A DNA stretch of 64,000 nucleotides. Origin: Mobula hypostoma. Lineage: Eukaryota. The stretch lies in contig NC_086108.1 in the NCBI RefSeq assembly GCF_963921235.1, positions 64,668,001-64,732,000 on the forward strand. The letters run 5' to 3'. Under the pieces are notes generated by a model. That model had not been told where the DNA came from and did no database searches. It was given only the letters and a program-made list of their open reading frames with translations. The translations under genes and the position numbers were made by a program. Numbering within the stretch: the first letter of the stretch is position 1; each line of letters starts with the position of its first letter. Below are positions 38,501-51,094 of the stretch, one piece after another.

Positions 38501-39110
38501 TGGCTGAGTACAGCAGTTGGGATGTTATATTAAAGTTGTATCAGATGTTGGAAAGCCCTAATTTGGAGTATGGTCTGCAGATTTAGTCATCTACCTACAG
38601 GAAGGATATTAAAAAAAAGTTTAAAGAGTGCAGAGAAAATTTACAAGGATGTTGCTAGGACTGGAGGACCTAAGTTATAAGAAAAGATTGAATAGGTTTG
38701 GACTTTATTCCCTAGAACATAGAAGATTGAGAAGAGATTTGATAGAGTTATACAAAATTATGAGGGATATATCTAGGATTAATGCAAGCAGTTTTTTTTC
38801 CCACTGAGGTTGGGTGGACTACAACTAGAGGTGAAGGGTTAAGGGTGAAAGTTGAAAAGTTTAAGGGGAACACGAAGGGAAGCTTGGTCACTCGGAGGGT
38901 CATGAAAGCGTGCAATGAGCTGCCAGTGCAAGTGATGCATGCAAGCTCGATTTCAATGCTTAAGTCAAGATACATAGATGATGGGGGCATTTAGGGCTAT
39001 TGTTTGGCTGCAGGTTGATGGGGCTGTGCAGTTGAAATGGTTCAGCTCAGACTAGATGGGCTGAATGGCCTGTTTCTGTGCTAGATTTGTCTATGACTCT
39101 GACTCTATGA
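35600..39110 (+). mobile_element. CR1 LINE, long decayed copy (ORF1 esterase, ORF2 APE plus RT)
   Basis: EGEQPEIIVHVGTND; YDIVAISETWL, GGGVALLVR, GIYYRP, VIVGDFNFP; VVYMDFCKAIDKVPHGRL, KFVDDSKIGG. Tail (ctatgact)n. Confidence 0.9.
36490..36683 (+). mobile_element. Short retroelement 3' tail inserted in the CR1 APE domain
   Basis: Interrupts the frame between EALW and KKGVTTLMGIYYRP. Ends in gataattaaa(tttga)n. Confidence 0.55.
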
Positions 39111-39524
39111 TCTGATTCATTATTATACCCTGAGTGAGATGGTATTTGGCAGCCTTGAGGTGAGCAGGGGTGATGGTTAGAAATCTTAGCAATATGAATG
39201 GGTCAGAGCCTAATAATTATTTGGAGATGAGAGATTAATTGAAAAAGGTCACCATAATGTTTTCAGCTGTTTTAAGAATAACAGATTGCTTCTAGCTTTT
39301 CCTAGTGTTGGTGCAGGAATAGGTGTTATGGGAAATGTATTTATAATGACAAAGGTGCTCTATGGAAATGGTGTCTTTCTCTATTGATTATGCAACTTTA
39401 GCAGATCTATTACTCAAGGGTAGGGTGGGTGAGAGGAGGTGCAAGAATCAGGTTACTTTTGGTCCAGCGCACTCTGGTATTGCAGACTTCAATCCTATGA
39501 AATGTGTCCTTTATTTCTGAAAAG

Positions 39525-39748
39525 TGTTGTGTATTTAATATTTTATTAATATCTGAGTAATATTGTAAATATATTGTTTGATTAAGCATTCTTTTTTTAC
39601 ATAATTATGGGTTATATGTAAGAGACGTGAATGGCATACATCATTAGTGTGCCTTTCACTAAAGTAGAAACTAAACATACATGAGTTATCCCCAGCTCCG
39701 TGTTTTTCTTCCAATTCGTTTTATGTTTTGGAATTACGAAACACAACA
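39525..39748. mobile_element. Solo LTR (224 bp)
   Basis: TG...CA termini with perfect 8-bp inverted ends tgttgtgt / acacaaca. 5-bp TSD aaaag at 39520-39524 and 39749-39753. Confidence 0.75.
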
Positions 39749-41224
39749 AAAAGTAAGTCAACATGTTTATGATGCTTAAATTTCACTACTAGGGGAAAGG
39801 CTAATCAATTGTCTATTTGTTTTGTGCCAGTGTGGTTTGTTTTCAAAGTTTGATTGTCTTCTTTGACAATTGCTGAGCTGATATCTTGCCTGTCCATTAA
39901 TCACAAAATTAAGTTTTTGAATCCACTCTAGAAATGTGATAATAAATTGAGGTTGATATTTAACAGAGGGACAGTTACACATTCTGAAATGCTGACTTTA
40001 AAATGAAATATTACATAGTGAACCCATCTCCATTTTGTGATGAATACGAATGCTTCTTAAACACCATTCTGATGAAAAGACCAAGTGTTCTACCACTTCT
40101 GCTGCCTAATGTTTTTGCTTTGCATGAGTATTTTCTTTGTAAATCTGATTATTTGGTTGTTATACTTGTTCATGTACCAGAGCAATCTGGAGAAACTTGT
40201 AGGAAAGTTGGTGCTACCATTAACAATCTGAACCATATCTAATTTATGTGGCCAGGTTGAGGTGTCTGGAAAAAGTCACTTTGTGATTCAGCACCTGCTA
40301 CCAAATTGAATAGGTTAACTTGAGACAAATTTAACCAGTTAGGATTGTTATCTCATAAAAATAGGTACAACCTTAGGTTTTAAATACTTTACAAGCAAAG
40401 CCAGCTGTTCTCTTGATTGTTTTTTAAGTATTGGCTCTTGTATTGCTTGTCTATTTTAGAAGTAGCCTAGCAGATTATGGGAGCTGCTGATAGCTCTAAT
40501 TAAACCTTAATTACTTTGATTCTTGCCACTGCAATAGCCTGAACTAATTTGTTTGTTTCACTGCGTAAACTTTGGGAGGCACAAGATAATAGATCTCTTT
40601 TACTATTGACATACATGGCAATCAGTGAGATTAAAGGATTGCATATAAACCACTTTACATAGCAAACTTTAAATATGCAGTGAGGTTAAATTATAGACCC
40701 AATTGTAGCTGAATTAACTTTTACCTTCTATCTTGATGCTTTCATTGAAGATGTGCATCATTTAACTTTGTGGGAGGAGTGAATCCAACATCAGACAATT
40801 TAAGTGTTTTTGTTTACCTTTTCTGAACAAGATAAAAATAAAAAAATGTAACTAGCCATGTGAATATACAGTGTGCTAGTGAGTGATAATTTAGTATTTA
40901 TTATACAACAGAAAATAAATGCCTTTACAGTAGTATAAATTTCTTTGTTGGATCTAAGTTTAAGAGTAACAGCCAGATGAGTAGCACTTGTAGTTCATTT
41001 TCAGATAGTGATTCTATTCGACCTTGGAAGATGAAATATGGTGGTGGTATAAATGCAGTTACTTTTCTGTAAGAGTTGCTGCTATATATGTCAGTTTCAA
41101 CAGACATAGAAGATAAAGATGTTATAATTTTTTAATATTAATTTGAAAATGTCCTCTGCTTTATTGATTTCCTATTTGTGTCTCAATGGTGAGTCAATGT
41201 TTGTTTTTCATTAAATTGCTGTTC

Positions 41225-41460
41225 CTTTAATTTCTTTGCCCGGAGAGTAGTGAATCTTTTGAGTTCTGCATCCAAGAGGGCTGTGGAGTTCAGTTGCTGG
41301 TATACTCAAGGCAGAGATCAAAATATTTTTTGAATAAGTAGAGGAAGCTAGGATTAGTACAGAAAAGTGGTACTGAGGTAAATGATTATTAATAATCTTA
41401 TTGAATGGTGGAACAGAACTGGGGGACAGAATAGACTACTCTTGTTTAGTTTTCGTTATT
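41225..41460 (+). mobile_element. Old CR1 3' end
   Basis: ttctttgcccggagagtagtgaatct...gggctgtggag...caaggcagagatc...attgaatggtggaacag...aatagactactcttg. Confidence 0.6.
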
Positions 41461-44400
41461 GTTTACCTCTATTTAACTTAATTAGACTTTAGATTTTGCT
41501 AATTATTTAAATATTTCACTAAGTCTAAAATGTATTTCAACTATACAGAAATGCTACTTGGTACTTGAGCATTAATGTAACTCTTCATCATTGGTGAAAT
41601 CCTTGGTCTTAATTTTTTTTTGTTGTTCATTGAAATGTATGACATGATTGTCCCTGAGGTGGTAGGTACAAAAATCATAGATCATGAGTATTTTCTCTTT
41701 ATAGATAATAGAAATCCTGGGTTGATTAATATAGCAGTCACTGTGGTATTATTTCACAGACAGGACGCTTGGGAGAGATACTGTGATCATTGCCCGAAAA
41801 CCTGTACAATATATTTGCATCTCGAAAAGAAAAGGGGTATATAGGAATAGTGTACTGTGGAGGTGTGAGAGAAGAGGGGACAGACAAGAAAACAATGTAT
41901 AATAGAAAGTAACTAAACATAATAGTTTCATACTATGTTGCTGGTGAAAGGTTTGCAGTTTAGAGTAGCCATTTGAAAGTCCAAGATTAATTTACACAGC
42001 ATAGATGATTAATTGGTATGTATTATAGTTTTAAAGATCGATTTGCATTGATTAATTCACTTCACTTGTGTATGTGCTGATTATCTATTTTGTGTAGTGA
42101 GATTATTGATAAAGGATTAATACTTATAAGACCAATAATAAATATTTCTTGACATTATCAGCATTTTTTTAATTTTCATTTTTATTAAGTGATGATAGTA
42201 ATAGTGAAATATATGTTATGTACTGTTATCACTACTGGTAGATAATCTAGCCAAGTACTGATTGCATCTTATCTATAATAAACTGAGAACTGTTACACTG
42301 AATGAAGAATAATAATTTTAAGGTCCCAAAATATTTATCAGACTGTGGAATGACCATTTAGTCAGCGCAAGTTTCAGTGCTTCTGCTGACAGCATGTTAT
42401 CCCATCAAACTCTCTTGTTGCGCAGATGCAGTCACAGATGGGAGTCTTGTACCTGCATGCATAGCAAATGAATTAGAATGACAATCTTCTTTATAAAGCA
42501 TAAATATGTAATTTGTTCAGCTGCTGTAATTAAATATGTATGTGTGAAACAGCTACCGTTCAGGTCATTACCAATGCGCCACACTGAATTAGAGAGCCCT
42601 GAGATAGAAATTTACTGTGAAATGTAGCAGGGGAATATAATTGGCAGTATTGTAGGAAAGCTGAGGCTTCTTGACTCTTTGCTAAATGTTCTACAAGTGG
42701 AGGTGTGAAATTGTAAACAGCAAAGAATGCAGTGGGAAAAACAAGTGATTGCTAAGGTGTAATTTTAGAGACCATTCAATCATTTGTCAGCCCACTTTTC
42801 ATTTACCTTTATTTATGAATAGAACTATTTATATCCATTTACATTTATCATACTGTATGTAGCACTTTAGAAAAAAGTTCAAAGGTATTTTTAATTATAT
42901 TTTAAGCATGATGAAAAATGAGTAAGTTGTTCTGAGACGCAGGCTTTTAATATTGGAATGGTTTGCTACTAAAATGATACTGAATACTTTATTACATTAT
43001 ATGATTAATTTCATGGTATTCATTAGTACAGACAGTACATATTAATAGAAGGCAAATAAAAAGGGAAATCTCTATTACTAAATGATTCACAGTTTATACC
43101 AAGTAAGTTGCCATTATTTTTTACTGGTTAGATTAAGATTACAATGAAGCATAAAATTATGGTACATAAGCAAATGAAAATCGAATTAAATTTATTATGT
43201 TTGAACAATTCCACATTAACTATTATGAAATTAAACCACTTGTGTACATGTCTCTTCTTGCCATGGGGCAAGGGTAAATAGCTGAAAAACTATACTGTGT
43301 TTTGGTTAGTTCAGAGTAGGGATAGGTACTCTATGTCAACTGATTAAAAAAACAAAGGTTAACATTTAGATTCCAATAATGCAATGAAACCCTCTATTTA
43401 AGGATTCAGGTTATTGTGCTGTAGAAATTTCAAGTAGTTTTCTTACTACAAGAACCCACTCCAAAAACTCTACTTAAATTTTGATAGCATATTAATTTTG
43501 TAGTTAAACACAAATTACTAAAACAAATTTCATCTCTTGAATATCTAGGACACATAGATCAAGATAACATTTGATTTCCATCTTGTAATAATTGATCTCA
43601 GCAGGAGTAACATTAGCCTCAAGAAAATTGGTACAAGTGTCCCCCAAATCTTTAAATAAGTATTTGGGGAAGGGAGGCTTTTCAGTGACTACTGAAATGC
43701 TAAGAATAATCACAACTTCATTGCATTGCTGTCCTTTGTCACTCACTGGCAAAGTTTATGTGTGAATAATCCAAGTTGGCTTGGATGTATGAAGATAGCA
43801 GCACTCTTACAAATATACTGCAATTAAAGGGAACATGGGAGAAACTGTTATAAACTATTCATGGTTTCATTAGGACAGGAGATATATTCCAACTGCATCA
43901 TTTTTGTGTATTGACAAAAATTGTGAAACAGGTAATGATGCTGTTGAAAACCATGCACAGTTGAATGCACTTTTTGAGACTAAAATAACCTTTTCAGAGT
44001 CAGATATTATCATTAATATTGGTCTTAAAGTTAGCAATGTACTTTCAGTTCTGTCCACCCAGTTTTGCCCATTGGTGCCAGCATTAGTTAAAATAAAGTT
44101 AACGTGTAGATCAAGGCATCTAATTTTGCAGTGAATATTATCCTACTGATATTCATTTGTAACATGATGGAATCATTCAATATGCTTAATTTTCTTTTTT
44201 TAACTAAAACATTTTGCCATGATATGAACATTGTGTTTTCCAATATTTACAAGGTACACAGGAGTGTGATATACCTGAAGTCAATGCTAATTATAAGTGA
44301 CAGTTACTGCAAAATTATTGTAATATGTGAAAAATATTTTTACAAAGGATGATAATTATAAATTTGACATGAACTTATGTACCTCAGTCTACACAGCATT

Positions 44401-45227
44401 AAGTGCAGGCTATGCCCCGATGATGAACACCTAACTTGTGGATACCTGTGCATATAGCCAAGTTCTCATAGCATAAAATTCGAAGCAATGCCATCCATGT
44501 ACATCAGTTCGTTCAGGAACTAGTTTCTCCTCTTTCTTCTCTTTCAGTTTTATTGGCCTTGTATGCTTTTGATGCCATTAGTTGCAATTCTATGGAGTGA
44601 TATTTGTTTATTTTATGAGAAAATTGACTTATGGATGATTGTAAAAATAGAACCTGTTCATAATCTATTGCTAGTCTGCATAGGAGTTTTTGGAATTGAT
44701 GCCTTTCTGCATTAGACATTTCATTGGCCCCAATCTAAGAGAACACCACAACTGTCTCTACACAGAAACAGTTGATCCTTGTGCAGCAGCATCTGATTAG
44801 CAGGAAGTGCAAAAATGAAAGTTTTTGCCCTATATCAGGCATTCAGATATTTTCAGGGTATCAAATATCCTTAGTGCCACCAAAACATGCTGAAATAATG
44901 GTTGGCTTTTGATTCTTGTATAGAATCTTTTCAGGATTTGGCTTATCTTCTAATTGATCTTGTCTATAGTTCCATGACTGTGCAATGAACTAGAACACCT
45001 GGTTCAAGAGTCCTTAACAACATTTTTACTCAGGGCATGAGATCTTTTATTTTGCTGTACTACTTGTAACATTAAATTCTTAATCAATTGTTATTCTCGC
45101 ATGATTTTTTGTCTCAACTATTCTAATTATGGTTTTTTGTGTGCTGATTATTTCATTCCAAATAATGGTTTATTAATTTTAGTAGGGGTTTAAAGGCAGA
45201 TAAATCATCATATGGAGGAATCTAAGG

Positions 45228-45320
45228 TGGGGGCTTATATGGGAGGCAGGGTTTGAGGGTCGGTACAACATTGTGGGCCGAAGGTCCTGTACTGTGCTGT
45301 ACTATTCTATGTTCTATGTT
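45228..45320 (+). mobile_element. CR1 3' tail fragment
   Basis: gtgggccgaaggtcctgtactgtgctgtactattctatgttctatgtt. Confidence 0.75.
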
Positions 45321-45592
45321 TTATAACCTGATGGACTTCACAGTAGGGTTTTAAAGGAAGTGACCTAATAGATAATGGATCCTTAGGCTAAATGTTTTTA
45401 AAACTCAATTTTGAGAGGGTATACAAGGAATGGAAAACAGCCAATGTTCAAGACAGGGAAAAACGAAAGGTTGGGAAATCCAGACCTTGCTATTGCTAGC
45501 AAGATGCTAGAGTCAATAATAAGAAAAATATTACTAATTATTTAGGAGAACTGAATATAACTAAATATCATAAACATGGTTTTATGAAAGCT

Positions 45593-47110
45593 ATTATGGC
45601 TATTTCTCTTTCTACTCCACCCATTTTCTCCAAACTCAAGGTGTAGCCATGGGTATTTGCATGGGCCCCAGCGAAGCCAGCCTTTTCATTGGCTAAGTTG
45701 AACAGTCCATGTTCCAACCTTCCCTGGTAATGCTCTCCAACTTTTTCTACAATGCTTCATGCACTCATGTTGAGCTCATCAATTTTATCAACTTTGCCTC
45801 CAACTTCCACCCTACCCTTAGATTCACTTGGTCTACTTCTGACACTCCTCTCCCCTTTCACAGTCTCTCTGTCTCTATCTCTGGAGACAAATTGTCTACC
45901 AGTATATTTTATAAACATTCCACCTCCTATAGGTATCTTGAGTATCTCTTCCCACTCTATCTCTTGTAAAAATGCCATTCCCTTTTCTCAGTTCCTTCAT
46001 CTCCACCACAGCTGTTCCTAGAATGAGGCTTTCCTTTCTAGTATGTTGTCCTCCTTCAAAGAACAATGTTTTCCTACCTCCACCATTGATGTTGCCCTTA
46101 CCTGTATCTCCTCCATTTCTCAGACATCTGCCCTCACACCATCTTCCCACCACCTTAACAGTGATACTGTTCCTTTGGTCCTCAGCTACTACCCAACGAG
46201 ACTGCGTGAAGCACATCATTTTTTGTCATCTTCAGTGGAACCTATCATCAAACACATCTTTATCTCTACCGTTCCCCCACTCTACTTTCTGCACGGATCA
46301 CTCCCTCAGTGATTCCCTTGTCCATTTATCCCTCTCCACTAATCTCCCTCTTGGCACTTTTCCCTGCAAGTGGAAGAAATTCAGCACATGCCCATTCACT
46401 TTCTTGCTCACTTCCATTCGGGGCCACAAACCATACTGCCAGATGAGGGAACACTTCACCATCCAATCTGTTGGGGTCACCTACTGTACCCGGCAATCCT
46501 GATGCAGTCTCCACTACATTAGTGAGACACTACGTAGATCGGGGGTGTGCTTTGTTGAGCAACTCTGCTCCATCGGCAAAAATGAGAATTGCCCGATGGC
46601 CGACCATTTTAATTCCATTCCCCATTCCTGACATGTTTGTCCGTTACATCCTCTACTGCCACAATGAGGCCACTCCAAGATGGAGGAGCAACACCTCATA
46701 TTCTGTCTAGGTAGCCGCCAAGCAGATGGCATGAACCTTGATTCCTCCAACTTCTGGTAATTTTTCTCCCTTCTGCTTCCTCCTTCAATTCCCCACTCTG
46801 GCTCCCTTTTTCCTTCTTCTCTTCTCCTCACCTGCCTATCCCCCTCCTCTCTCCCTCTCTCCCATGGTCTACCTATCATCTCTAAGCTTATTGGTTCAAC
46901 TCCCTCCTCCACCCACATGGCTTGTACTCCTTCCTATCCCCCACCACCTCATTCTTGCTTCTTCCCCTTTCATTTCCAGTCCTGGTGAAGGGTCTTTGCC
47001 CAAAACTTCAACTGTTTATTCATTTCCATAGATGCTACCTGACCTGCTATGTTCCACCAGCATATTGTGTGCGTTGTTCTAGATTTCCAACTTCTGCAAA
47101 ATCTCTTGTG
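45593..47110 (+). mobile_element. Penelope-like element, 5'-truncated and decayed (RT C-half, Cys linker, GIY-YIG, terminal repeat with dead hammerhead 46977-47014)
   Basis: LQTQGVAMGICMGPS, FINFASNFHPTLRFT, CKNAIPFSQFL, FPCKWKKFSTCP. Perfect 12-bp TSD tttatgaaagct at 45581-45592 and 47111-47122. Confidence 0.9.
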
Positions 47111-47621
47111 TTTATGAAAGCTTTTGACAAACTTGCTCAAATTCTGTGAGGATGTGTTCAAGGAGAGTTGATAGGGGAACCTGTTGATATAATGTATTTA
47201 GATTTCCAAAAAGGTACTGAAAAAATTTGCCGTTGATACAAAACCAGGTGGAAGGGCATTTTATAATAAGGGTAGTGTGAATATACAAAGGGATACAGAT
47301 AGTTAGAATGACTGAGGAAAATTCAGGCAAATGGACTTAATGTGGGGAGGTACAAGGCCATGTATCTTTGTATCAAAATTTTTTTAAAGCAGATTACTAT
47401 ATAAATGGAGAGAGACTGTAAGTCAGTAAAGTACAGAAAGATCTAGGCACTCACAAAATCACAAAAAGTTAACAAAGATTCAACAAGTAGCTAAGAAGCA
47501 AATGGCATTTTGGACTTTGTTGCAAAAGAGTTGATATTTTTAAAAAAATAGGTAGGTTTTGTTGCAATTGTACAGGGGATTGAATAATCCTTACCTGTAA
47601 TCATGCACAATGATTTGACCT

Positions 47622-47922
47622 TAAGAACATAAGACATAGGACCAGAATTAGGCCATTCAGCCCTTTGAGTCTACTCCGCCATTCCATCATGGTTGATTTA
47701 TTATCCCTCTCAACCCCATTTTCCTGCCATCTCCCTGTAACTTTTGACACCCTTACTAATCAAGAAGCTTTACTTTATATATACCCAATGTTTTGTCCTC
47801 CAAAGCTATCTGTGGCAATAAATTCCACAGATTCACCTATCTCTGGCTAAAGGAATTCTTCCTTATCTCTTTTCTAAAGGTACATCCTGGTATTCTGAGG
47901 CTGTGTCCTCTGGTCCTAGATT
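47622..47922 (-). mobile_element. CR1 3' end fragment
   Basis: aagaacataagacataggaccagaattaggccattcagccc...ctctggtcctaga. Confidence 0.8.
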
Positions 47923-49052
47923 AGGTTCTCTTACTTAAAAAACATAGTGTAACCTTGGAGGCAGTCCAAAGGAGCTTCTCCGGGCTAACTCCTAGGTTCT
48001 ACCAAGAGTGAAGAAATACTTTGTGCCTGTTTCTTGGAGTTTGAGTGAGGGATGAACAGATCTGAATAGATGACATCCTAAAGGGAATTAACAGGGCAAA
48101 TGGTGGAATGTTTTCAAGATACAGGGTTGGTCATTTAAAGGTGAAGTGCTATAAGATTTATTCTCATAGAGAATAGAATTTGCTGCCCTGATAGGTGGTG
48201 TAAACTGGATCATTAGAAGCATTCCAAGTGGAGGTGAGAAATAGTTAATAGATCAAGAAAAAGAAGGGTATGGAGAAATGGCAGAAAGTGATATTGGCCA
48301 ACTCAGATCAGCCAGGATCATACTAAATAGTGGGGCACACTTAAAGTGCTTGTTGGCTTCCTCCTGCTTTTATTTTCTTGTGTTCTTGTGTTTGATTTCA
48401 CTATCTTAGTGTAACTGCATCTCTCACTTTCTTTATAAACAAAAGAGCGAAATGGCAATTAACTTAATAATCTGTGGGAACAGCTGCACTTTAAACTAAT
48501 GCTGTTGATTATAAATTATTGAGCTTTTGCATTGGCATGCATTTATAAACTCATTAGAGAAACAGTGCATTCTCTTCAATCGTAAACTTTCTGGAATAAT
48601 TTTGTTTGATTCTGTTGTATTTTGTAGTTGGCATTTGCGAATATACACTATCCATTTAAGAGATGGATTACAATTTTTAAGTTTAGCTACAATTTTCATC
48701 ACATAGATCACTTTATGTGTAATGTCATGAAAGTGAAAATGAAGAATTAACAGATCTTTTTTGAGTGCACAGATACATTACACTTGGAATTCTTTCCCCT
48801 TAAGTGATGTTTTTCTGAATATTGATTTTAGAAAAGATATACAAATGGGCACTGTTGATATTGGGGATTTGTCTTGAAGGAATTACTGAATCCGCCGGTA
48901 TAACAGAGCCAGATTAATTTGCATACAGTGGAAATAAATCTTCAGAACCTTATATAAATAATGATCAGCTAGTGTTAATTTAGCTTCTACACACTGTCAA
49001 GCACAGTAATTTATTGCTGAGTGGGCAGTAACCTTGATAATGACACACAATT

Positions 49053-49255
49053 AAAAACAGAAAATAATGAAAAAGCTCAGCAATTCAAGCAGGACCTATG
49101 GAGGGAGAAACTATTAACATTTCAGGTTGAGTATCTTTCCTCAGTCTGACTAAAGGTCATCAACTGGAAATGTTATTTCTCTCACCATAGATGCTGCTTG
49201 ACCTGGTGTTTGCATCTTTTAACCCTCATTTTCTGTTCTTAATTTCATGTCTTGC
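49053..49255. mobile_element. Old fold-back PLE terminal pair
   Basis: aaaacagaaaat...ctatggagggagaaac..aacatttcaggttga is mirrored by tcaactggaaatgtt...ctctcaccatag...attttctgtt. Confidence 0.55.
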
Positions 49256-50432
49256 ATCTATAATTTTTTGACTGTGAGAATATTCGACGTATTTTAAGCA
49301 ATGCTTCAAATTCTGAACTATGATACTTTCAGGAACATAGTAAGTTATTTTATATTATTATTATTTTTGTTCAATATATTAAAGGTGCTGATAATATGTT
49401 TCTCTCATGGAGACCCAGAACTTCTGAAAAACTGGCAAATTAGAATTTATTTGAAACTGTGGAGAAATGAACATTGACTTGCCTGGATCTGATCAGCCTA
49501 TCTGGGTCTTCCATGAATCATGAAAGATTTGTAAATGGTTCTTTCTGCCACTTTTTTGTAGCTGTCCCACACAGAGCTGAACTATTTGCTTGTTGGAGTT
49601 CACTGCTATTACAGGCATCTGTAAAAGTATCTTGGGAGAGCAAAGCCAGTGGCTTTGTGCATGTCTTTTAGCACACTGCTATAGATGGCAAAGTCCTAAA
49701 GAAACAATATTTATAGCTTTGTGTAACTACTTCATGCTGCTCTCCAGTGAGCTACCTTTGCAAATGTTATATTCTATTGGGTGTCTATTGATGTTGAAAG
49801 CATCTAATTTCTTAAGTCACCACCTGTGTTTATGTCTATAACAAATTTGCAAGAAGGTTTGGAGGTGAAGTATCTTCCTGACAGTGTGTCTCTTTTGGGC
49901 TATGCTGCAGAATTATTCTCATTGTACTAGTTCTTACTGACCACCCTATTTTATTTCTTTCCAAATGTTAGGAGAATAATTCAATGGGGTATTTGTTTGC
50001 AGAATTTCTATTCAATCTCTGAATTTTGAGGCACATTTAGAATTTTTGGACAATAATTCCATCCTGCCTGAGGGACGCAGAATGTTCATTCTTGTCCTCA
50101 TTAACTCATTCACCAGATTCTAGTTGTTTCAACCCAATGCATTTAACACTAACCACTTGGGTAAACCCATGTGGCAGACTCACTGATCATTGTGGTTTGT
50201 GGTAAAAGTGTAACACAGCAGGAGATGGAGACAATCTGGTTAGCAGGATCTTAAAAATGTACTGCAGAAGAGAAATTATTTAGATTATTGAAAAGATACA
50301 GAGGCTTTTAGAATGAAATCTTTGTATCTCTTTAATAATCTAAATTAACACATCACCCTGCCCCAGGTCAGTCTGCCCTTTTGCAATTGAAATTCAAGAT
50401 GTCATCTTGACACAATATTGAAAACCATTTTA

Positions 50433-50628
50433 TTATTTTTTTCTCTTTCGTAATTGCACAGTTTGTTGTCTTTTGCATGTTGGTTGTTTGTCCTGATGGA
50501 TGCAGTCTTTCATTGATTCTATTATGGTCTTGGATTTACTGAATATGCCCGCAAGAAAATGAATCTCAGGGTTGTATATGGTGACACATATATACTTTGA
50601 TAATAAATTTACTTTGAACATTGAACTC
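50433..50628 (+). mobile_element. Rex1-like 3' UTR tail
   Basis: Reverse complement of 15371-15560. Ends aataaatttactttgaacattgaact. Confidence 0.7.
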
Positions 50629-51094
50629 TGATCTTGCTTTTATCCATGTATCAATAACAAGTGTATATAATGGGCCATTGTAATGAAGCTTCATTCCATT
50701 TTGATACTCCACACATTAATGTAATCACTCACTTTCCAACAAGGTTTCAGTACTTGATGGCCTATTCCATGGAGTGAAGTTAGAATCATATACTTAATGT
50801 CTCTGTAAAATATTTGGTAGTTTCAAATATGAGGGATTTCTTTGCCATCTTTGCATCAAATTAGAGAGTTTAACATTCAATGCAGCGAGCCTTGTGAATT
50901 TGGGTATGTGGTAGTTCCATGAATTTAATAGCTTGAAAGAGTTTGGGCTTTTTAAATTGGTATTTATAGCCTTCTTGAGTGTTGTTGAAGCTGCATTTTT
51001 CCAGGAAAGGGAATAATTTTTTGTTGTCTCTTGACTGTGCTTGCATAGATTATGGAGTGACTTTAGGATTTTAGGTGAATCAGTGACCACAGTA

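Larger units (their letters stand above)
45185..48390 (+). mobile_element. Old CR1 RT region hosting three later insertions
   Basis: KADKS..PDGLHSRVLKEV, KHGFMK | (PLE) | LTNLLKFCEDV, LDFQK, QKDLG. 3' tail ttcttgtgttcttgtgtt. Confidence 0.7.

Noticed and set aside
45972..46502. 176-aa plus-strand ORF
   Set aside because: Mosaic of off-frame and in-frame decayed PLE sequence, not an intact gene.
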